The translations under genes were made by a program, and so were the position numbers. A stretch of 55,608 bases of DNA. It comes from a virus. Taxonomy: Duplodnaviria; Caudoviricetes. Positions 49,869-55,608 of this stretch are shown piece by piece; the first letter of the stretch is position 1, and every line of letters starts with the position of its first letter. A model generated the notes under the pieces. The model was not told the origin of the DNA. It made no database searches and saw nothing but the letters and a program-made list of their open reading frames with translations. The stretch lies in the IMG/VR virus record IMGVR_UViG_3300012920_000048, positions 1 to 55,608 of that record; one strand, 5' to 3'.

Positions 49869-50294
49869 ATGGCAGTCACAGTAAACGCACTTAAATTAAC
49901 CCAGGTCCAGGGTGTAATTTCTGTAAGGGGGACTGCAGACACAGGAACAATTACTTTAGCAACAACACTAAAGAAATCTACTGAGACGCAAAGCTCCCCA
50001 GCAGTCAATATAAAAGGACTACATTGGACTTTATCTAGCGGCGCTAGCGCTAAGGTTCAAAGAAACTCCGTCGTATTATATGAGCTTATGGAAAGTGGCT
50101 CACTTGATATGTACGGGTATGCAGACAACTCAGAAAACACATCTAATATTGAAGTAGTCATAGCAGGTGGAGCCGGCGGTACAGTTATAGTAGATTGTGC
50201 TAAAGTTTCAGGTTATGGTTCACAACAACATCAAGACGCACCACTAGACACTAACGATTCAGGAAGTGTTTATAATGGCGGATCATTAGGTTAA
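49869..50294 (+). CDS. Hypothetical beta-rich head-cluster protein
   Basis: 141-aa ORF between the core genes and gp21. Confidence 0.7.
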   Translation: MAVTVNALKLTQVQGVISVRGTADTGTITLATTLKKSTETQSSPAVNIKGLHWTLSSGASAKVQRNSVVLYELMESGSLDMYGYADNSENTSNIEVVIAGGAGGTVIVDCAKVSGYGSQQHQDAPLDTNDSGSVYNGGSLG

Positions 50295-50304
50295 GGAGAA
50301 AGAT

Positions 50305-50964
50305 ATGAGACTTATTAAAGAATTTAATGATAGTATTAATTACCTTACAGAGGAATCTAGTAATCCTAAGAAACCTAATGTGTTTATTGAAGGTGTTTTC
50401 TTACAATCAGATTTAAAAAACAAAAACGGCAGAGTCTATCCTAAAGAGATCATGCAGAGAGAAGTCAACAGATATGTTGAAGAAAATGTAAAAACTAAAA
50501 GAGCTTACGGTGAATTAGGACACCCAGAAGGTCCAACAGTTAATTTAGACAGAGTTTCTCACATGATTACAAGTCTTAAGGAAGACGGTACCAATTATAT
50601 TGGTAGAGCCAAAATAATGGATACGCCTATGGGGCGTATTGTTAAAGAACTTATTAGCGAAGGCGCTCAACTAGGTGTTTCATCTAGAGGTCTGGGCAGT
50701 TTAAAAGAAAGGAATGGCATTAATGAAGTACAAGGTGACTTCATGTTAGCTACAGCAGCAGATATTGTTGCAGATCCTTCAGCACCAGATGCTTTTGTTT
50801 CCGGAATAATGGAAGGCAAAGAATGGGTATTTGTTAATGGTAAATGGACAGAGCAGGATATTGAGGAGACTCGAAATATAATCAACTCGACATCACAGAG
50901 AGAGCTAGAAGAAGCTAAAATAGCAGTTTTTAGCAATTTTCTAGATAAACTGTCTAAAATATAA
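50305..50964 (+). CDS. gp21: Prohead protease gp21
   Basis: IEGVFLQ, NKNGRVYP, GELGHP, DRVSH, GVSSRGLGS, DIVADPSAPDAFV. Confidence 0.97.
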   Translation: MRLIKEFNDSINYLTEESSNPKKPNVFIEGVFLQSDLKNKNGRVYPKEIMQREVNRYVEENVKTKRAYGELGHPEGPTVNLDRVSHMITSLKEDGTNYIGRAKIMDTPMGRIVKELISEGAQLGVSSRGLGSLKERNGINEVQGDFMLATAADIVADPSAPDAFVSGIMEGKEWVFVNGKWTEQDIEETRNIINSTSQRELEEAKIAVFSNFLDKLSKI

Positions 50965-50974
50965 TAGAAATCTG

Positions 50975-50988
50975 TATAAATATAAATA
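50975..50988 (+). promoter_or_regulatory. Tandem overlapping late promoters for gp22
   Basis: TATAAATATAAATA gives two TATAAATA boxes 6 nt apart. Confidence 0.78.
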
Positions 50989-51035
50989 GTTTATTAGATT
51001 ATATTACAATTAAATAATCCTAAGAGGAGAGTAAC

Positions 51036-52358
51036 ATGGGAGTAGAATCCAAAATCAGAGAACTGCTAGAAGGTAAGTTGCAAGACGACACCGTAGCAGT
51101 ACTAGATGAGGTAGCTGGTAACCAGCAACCTACATCTTCAGCGGATGCTCATCGTCCACTTGACAAAAAAGCGGGTGATGCTACACCTCCTACACAAGGT
51201 AACTCAAATCCAAATCCTGAAATGCAAGACCTTAGCGGTACAAGCAATCCAGAAGGTGGATTAACTAGCCCTGTAGGTAAGGAAGCGTCAGCTAAGGCAG
51301 GCAGTGCACCTAGACCTCAGAACTCTGGTGCAGGTAAAGCACCCAACTACAACGATGGCACAGACCCTCGTTCAGTAGTTGCTCAGCCTTCTTCTAAAGG
51401 CAATGTTCATCAAGAAGAAACGGAAGTCGAAGAAGACGAAGTTCTTGAAGAAACACCTGAAGTAGAAGCAGAAGAGGATCAAGAAGTCGTTGTTGAAGAC
51501 GAAGTTCTTGAAGATGAGGAAGTAGAGTACGTCAACGAAGGTGAAGAAGAAGACGACGAAGAAGAAGTTATTGCAGAATCTGAAGAAGATGAAGTAGTAG
51601 CAGAAGACGAGTCCGAAGCAGAAACACTTTTTGAAGACGACATTGCTAACCTATTTGCCGACGAAGAGCACCTTTCAGAAGAATTTAAAACACAAGCAGC
51701 TTCATTATTTGAAGCAACGGTTGTGGCTCGCGTCAGTCAACAAGTAGAGATCATTGAGAACGAACTTGTTGAGGAAGCTTCTAAAGCTTTCGACGAAGCA
51801 AAAGAAAAACTTGTTGAAAATGTAGACAAATACCTCAGTTATGTAACTGAGCAATGGCTCAAGGACAACGAGTTAGCTGTTGAAAATGGCTTACGCAGCG
51901 AAATCACTGAATCATTCATTAACGGAATGAAGCAGGTTTTCACAGAGCATTACATTGAAATGCCCGAAGAAAAATACGATGTGTTGGCTGAACAACAGAA
52001 CCAAATTGATGAACTAAGATCTAAGTTAGACGAAGAGATTAGTAAGTCAGTTGCAATCAGCGAGGCAAAAGAACAATTGCAGAAGGAAAAAGTTTTCCGT
52101 TCCGTGGTTGGCGATCTAGCTGAAACTGAAGTTGAAAAGTTTGCATCACTTGTTGAAGATGTCACATACGACAACGAGGAAATGTATACTTCTAAACTTA
52201 ATGTTATCAAGGAAAATTATTTTCCTAAAGCAAAATCTGATGACACAGACAAGCTAGATGATAGCGTTGATCAGGGAACTTTAGCGGACAATACTGTAAT
52301 GAGTAGATATGTACAAGGTATCTCTCAAGCAGCTAAGTTTGATAAGGTTAAAAATTAA
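51036..52358 (+). CDS. gp22: Prohead core scaffold gp22
   Basis: LSEEFK..A..LFEA, VDKYLSYVTEQW, F.EHYIE.PEEK.DV, IKENYF; long acidic N-terminal region. Confidence 0.93.
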   Translation: MGVESKIRELLEGKLQDDTVAVLDEVAGNQQPTSSADAHRPLDKKAGDATPPTQGNSNPNPEMQDLSGTSNPEGGLTSPVGKEASAKAGSAPRPQNSGAGKAPNYNDGTDPRSVVAQPSSKGNVHQEETEVEEDEVLEETPEVEAEEDQEVVVEDEVLEDEEVEYVNEGEEEDDEEEVIAESEEDEVVAEDESEAETLFEDDIANLFADEEHLSEEFKTQAASLFEATVVARVSQQVEIIENELVEEASKAFDEAKEKLVENVDKYLSYVTEQWLKDNELAVENGLRSEITESFINGMKQVFTEHYIEMPEEKYDVLAEQQNQIDELRSKLDEEISKSVAISEAKEQLQKEKVFRSVVGDLAETEVEKFASLVEDVTYDNEEMYTSKLNVIKENYFPKAKSDDTDKLDDSVDQGTLADNTVMSRYVQGISQAAKFDKVKN

Positions 52359-52364
52359 TTTTTT

Positions 52365-52372
52365 TATAAATA
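52365..52372 (+). promoter_or_regulatory. Late promoter for gp23
   Basis: Intergenic TATAAATA, then AAGGAG SD. Confidence 0.82.
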
Positions 52373-52418
52373 ATTAGGTTATAAAATATAACAAACATAG
52401 TAAAACAAGGAGAAACTG

Positions 52419-53684
52419 ATGTATCTTTCAGAAGAACTACAAAAGAAGTGGCAACCAGTTCTTGAGCATCCTGAACTCTCAGAGATTCAAGATCCTTACA
52501 AGAAAGCTGTAACCACAGTAGTCCTCGAAAACCAAGAGAAGGCTCTTCGTGAAGAAAAAGAAGCTCTTTTCGAGGCTACACATGCTAACCAAACAGGTAG
52601 CAACATCGACAACTATGATCCTATTTTGATCTCGTTGGTAAGACGTGCGTTACCTAACCTTATGGCTTACGATGTTTGTGGCGTACAACCAATGTCTGGA
52701 CCTACTGGTCTTATCTTCGCAATGAAATCTCATTACAGCACACAAGCTGGAACAGAGGCTTTATTTAACGAAGCAGACACTGACTTTGCCGGTGCAGGTA
52801 CTCACGCTGGAGCTAATCCAGTAGATGGTACTTATACAACTGGTACAGGTGTATCTACAAGCACTGCAGAAGGGTTTGGAGACAGCACTACACTTAATGA
52901 AATGGCATTCTCGATTGAGAAGACAACTGTAACTGCTAAGTCAAGAGCACTTAAAGCAGAATACACCGTTGAACTTGCTCAAGACTTGAAAGCTGTTCAT
53001 GGTCTAGATGCAGAATCCGAGCTAAGTAATATCCTTTCACAGGAAATTCTTGCAGAGATCAACCGTGAGGTAATTAGAACTATTTACAAAGTAGCTAAAA
53101 CAGGCTCAGCCTCTACAGCTACAGCTGGAACATTCGACTTAGATGTTGATTCCAACGGTAGATGGTCAGTAGAAAGATTTAAAGGTCTTTTATTCAATAT
53201 CGAGCGTGATGCTAATGTCATCGCACAAGACACAAGGCGTGGTAAGGGTAACTTCATCATCTGTTCATCAGATGTAGCAAGTGCTCTCTCAATGTCAGGT
53301 GTTCTTGACTATGCTCCAGCATTATCAACTAATTTAAATGTTGATGACACAGGTAATACATTTGCTGGTGTACTTAACGGTCGTTATAGAGTATACATTG
53401 ACCCATATTCAGCAAACACAGGAGCTGCTAGCCAGTTCTATGTTGTTGGTTATAAAGGCACAAGCCCTTATGACGCTGGTCTATTCTATTGTCCTTATGT
53501 TCCTTTACAAATGGTTAGGGCTATTGACCCAAGCACATTCCAACCTAAAATTGGTTTCAAAACTAGGTATGGCATGATCGCTAACCCATTTGTAATGCAG
53601 GCAGACGGTACTACTGATGCAGACACATTTACTGCAGACAGAAACCAGTACTACAGATCTGTTAAAGTTACAAATCTTATGTAA
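52419..53684 (+). CDS. gp23: Major capsid protein gp23
   Basis: KWQPVLEH, LENQE, DPILISLVRR, GVQPM.GPTGLIFAM, ELAQDLKAVHGLDAE, FQPKIGFKTRYG. Confidence 0.98.
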   Translation: MYLSEELQKKWQPVLEHPELSEIQDPYKKAVTTVVLENQEKALREEKEALFEATHANQTGSNIDNYDPILISLVRRALPNLMAYDVCGVQPMSGPTGLIFAMKSHYSTQAGTEALFNEADTDFAGAGTHAGANPVDGTYTTGTGVSTSTAEGFGDSTTLNEMAFSIEKTTVTAKSRALKAEYTVELAQDLKAVHGLDAESELSNILSQEILAEINREVIRTIYKVAKTGSASTATAGTFDLDVDSNGRWSVERFKGLLFNIERDANVIAQDTRRGKGNFIICSSDVASALSMSGVLDYAPALSTNLNVDDTGNTFAGVLNGRYRVYIDPYSANTGAASQFYVVGYKGTSPYDAGLFYCPYVPLQMVRAIDPSTFQPKIGFKTRYGMIANPFVMQADGTTDADTFTADRNQYYRSVKVTNLM

Positions 53685-53712
53685 TTAGGACTAATTCTAG
53701 TAATAGAATTCG

Positions 53713-53741
53713 AAACGGGCTACTATGTAGCCCGTTTTTTT
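53713..53741 (+). terminator. Rho-independent terminator after gp23
   Basis: AAACGGGCTAC-TAT-GTAGCCCGTTT stem running into a T7 tract; a second AT-rich hairpin AATTCTA-GTAA-TAGAATT sits just upstream. Confidence 0.9.
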
Positions 53742-53751
53742 ATCTGAACGA

Positions 53752-53967
53752 TTATTTTTGGTTGACGAACTCGTATAATTCTTTGGCCACTTCTATTACA
53801 TCAGATGCTGATATAGTATTAGTAGGTAAGTATTTTAAGTCCTGGGGATTGTGTTCATTATGTAAGAAAATAGCGTCTGCTTTTCTTCTATAATTATCTT
53901 CTAACAAGCCTTGCGCTTGTCCTAGTAAGTCGGCTCGTATCTCGAACCCTGATTTATTATCACTCAT
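53752..53967 (-). CDS. Hypothetical small protein
   Basis: KSGFEIRADLL..A, DVIEVAKELYEFV; AGGAG SD and its own late promoter. Confidence 0.8.
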   Translation of the reverse strand: MSDNKSGFEIRADLLGQAQGLLEDNYRRKADAIFLHNEHNPQDLKYLPTNTISASDVIEVAKELYEFVNQK

Positions 53968-54010
53968 TTTATTCTCCTGTGTGTATGTGTGTTGTCCTTA
54001 TGGACACTTT

Positions 54011-54018
54011 TATTTATA
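54011..54018 (-). promoter_or_regulatory. Late promoter for the 53967 gene
   Basis: TATAAATA on the minus strand. Confidence 0.75.
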
Positions 54019-54037
54019 CAAAAAGGTAAAACACAAA

Positions 54038-54071
54038 TTGACTTATGGTTAACATGAGTTTATTATAAATA
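54038..54071 (+). promoter_or_regulatory. Overlapping sigma70-like (TTGACT-17-TATTAT) and late (TATAAATA, 54064-54071) promoters
   Basis: Both elements read directly upstream of ATG 54077. Confidence 0.65.
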
Positions 54072-54076
54072 CTATT

Positions 54077-55216
54077 ATGAAATACCATGTCATATACAAA
54101 GAGGGAAAAGCAGAGCCATTCTACGGTACACAATGGCAGGAAGTTCCATGGTCTATTAATGATCCTGAAGAACTATTAAGATACAGAGAGGATAGGAATG
54201 TACTGACATGGAGATTAAATGACTTACCTCTTACAGAAAAATTTATAGAAGCATATAAAAAGATAGCAACCCATTCATCTCAGTTCTCATCTTACGGTGG
54301 AGACAAAATAGCACAAGACGAAAGACCGCCTGGTTATCCGTGGACATACAGAGACATTTGGTGGGAGTACAAATTACGCTTAGATATTTACAAAAGTAAT
54401 ACAGTAGAAGATTTTTTGGCTAGTCGTGTAAAAATGAACGAGCTAATAGATTATATGGGATTAGATCCTAACTTAAAATTAAATACTAGAGATATATATG
54501 ATGCTAGACTACCAAGTCTTAATGCCTTACATGAATGTTTTGAAAATGGATTAGCAGAAGGATATGCAGCTGTAGGTAGAGGAGAGATGACTGCTAAACA
54601 TTTTGAACACTTCCAACATAATTGGGAAGCAATAAATTATATTGTTCATATGAACGAAAAATGCCAGGGTTTTGGTGATGAACCAATAGAAAGAATACAA
54701 CAAAAAATAATGGATGACTTTGTATATTGTACAACATTAGCTCCTCATTATATTCCAGCAGGAGATCATATTAATGAATATAAAAATTGGAAATTAACAC
54801 CTGAGGATTACGAACACTTTACATTACAAAGAAATGGACAGGAATTATTGTTAGACTATGGAACAACAGGTAAGGATTTGTATATTTCATCTGTTACAAA
54901 CGACATAGAACTAGCTAAAGGAAATAAAACATCACAACAGATACACTATAATCCATGGGTTATGTATGAATTCCATACACAAGACCATAACCAAGCACTT
55001 AATCAGTATGAGAAGTGGATTGCAAAGAACAACATAGCAGAAGATATAGATCTTACACGGCCTGAGTATACTCCTGGTAGACATGTACTATCAGAAGAAT
55101 TAATATCTCACAGGCACATCAAAGATCCTTTAACATTTTATAATGAAATAGTAAAAAGGACACCTATTATAGAAGGGTTCATTATAACTGATGAAAATAA
55201 TAGATCTATCTTATAA
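54077..55216 (+). CDS. Hypothetical protein (379 aa)
   Basis: Long ORF; LNALHECFE, INYIVHMNE, LDYGTTGKD; function not recognised. Confidence 0.8.
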   Translation: MKYHVIYKEGKAEPFYGTQWQEVPWSINDPEELLRYREDRNVLTWRLNDLPLTEKFIEAYKKIATHSSQFSSYGGDKIAQDERPPGYPWTYRDIWWEYKLRLDIYKSNTVEDFLASRVKMNELIDYMGLDPNLKLNTRDIYDARLPSLNALHECFENGLAEGYAAVGRGEMTAKHFEHFQHNWEAINYIVHMNEKCQGFGDEPIERIQQKIMDDFVYCTTLAPHYIPAGDHINEYKNWKLTPEDYEHFTLQRNGQELLLDYGTTGKDLYISSVTNDIELAKGNKTSQQIHYNPWVMYEFHTQDHNQALNQYEKWIAKNNIAEDIDLTRPEYTPGRHVLSEELISHRHIKDPLTFYNEIVKRTPIIEGFIITDENNRSIL

Positions 55217-55219
55217 ATA
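55212..55219 (+). promoter_or_regulatory. Late promoter for iscU
   Basis: TATAAATACTATT followed by GGAGG SD. Confidence 0.8.
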
Positions 55220-55237
55220 CTATTAACCGGAGGATAT

Positions 55238-55608
55238 ATGGCTTATTCAGATAAAGTAGTAAAGAGATTTGAAGAGGTAACAAACAACCCAGCAGCACAT
55301 GGTGTAGGTAAGTTTGATCCTAACGATCCACATGTTGCTACAGGACTCACAGGCGCACCTGCTTGTGGTGATGTAATGAAATTAGATCTTAAACTAGACC
55401 CTGAGACAGATGAAATCTTAGATGTCAAGTTTAAAACATACGGATGTGGTAGTGCTATTGCTAGTTCTAGTATGTTCGTAGAAATGTTAAAGGGTAAAAC
55501 AATAGAAGAGGCAAAACTTATTAAGGATAAGGAAATTGCTGACGCGCTTGAATTGCCACCCATTAAAATACATTGTTCTGTATTAGCAGAAGATAGTATT
55601 AAAAGAGC
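55238..55608 (+). CDS. iscU: Fe-S cluster scaffold IscU, truncated at window end
   Basis: Absent from the ORF track. Hand translation MAYSDKVV...GAPACGDVMKL...FKTYGCGSAIASSS...LELPPIKIHCSVLAED keeps all three Cys, the Asp and the His. Confidence 0.95.
   Translation, partial: MAYSDKVVKRFEEVTNNPAAHGVGKFDPNDPHVATGLTGAPACGDVMKLDLKLDPETDEILDVKFKTYGCGSAIASSSMFVEMLKGKTIEEAKLIKDKEIADALELPPIKIHCSVLAEDSIKR

Noticed and set aside
43404-53684. Introns, inteins or homing endonucleases in gp17/gp20/gp23
   Set aside because: Reading frames are continuous, of ordinary length, and lack intein or endonuclease motifs.
55243-55563. Minus-strand 106-aa ORF in the track
   Set aside because: Shadow of iscU on the plus strand.
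1-55608. Stop-codon reassignment, tRNA or rRNA genes
   Set aside because: Core genes are full length in the standard code with TAA and TAG both used as stops; intergenic gaps are short and I saw no cloverleaf by eye (a tRNAscan run would confirm).

Overview
The window is the virion morphogenesis region of an AT-rich T4-like myophage with the gene order of marine T4-like phages. Left arm (minus strand): a truncated tape-measure-like gene, gp51, gp26, gp54-like, gp2 and gp4. Plus strand: baseplate gp48-gp53-gp27-like-gp5-gp25-gp6-gp7-gp8, a 2096-aa VrlC/DUF4815-type protein, fibre genes, neck/terminase/tail gp13-gp19 and head gp20-gp23, ending in a truncated iscU. T4 late promoters (TATAAATA) punctuate the window. 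A ~10 kb accessory block between two fibre clusters encodes six glycosyltransferase(-like) domains, a 2OG-Fe(II)-like oxygenase, a methyltransferase-like protein, a degenerate GT/radical-SAM fusion and thyX under late promoters, interrupted by a sigma70-driven DNA ligase islet. Top candidates for new biology: (1) a late-expressed virion glycosylation/modification system beside candidate substrates (a mirror-symmetric YxG-repeat fibre, a polyproline insert, Ser/Thr-rich modules); (2) a -1 frameshift site joining gp26 to gp51 just upstream of the tape-measure-like gene, resembling lambda G/GT; (3) shared terminal peptide motifs among fibre proteins; (4) leaderless late genes. All product calls come from motif recognition and synteny; no database search was run.
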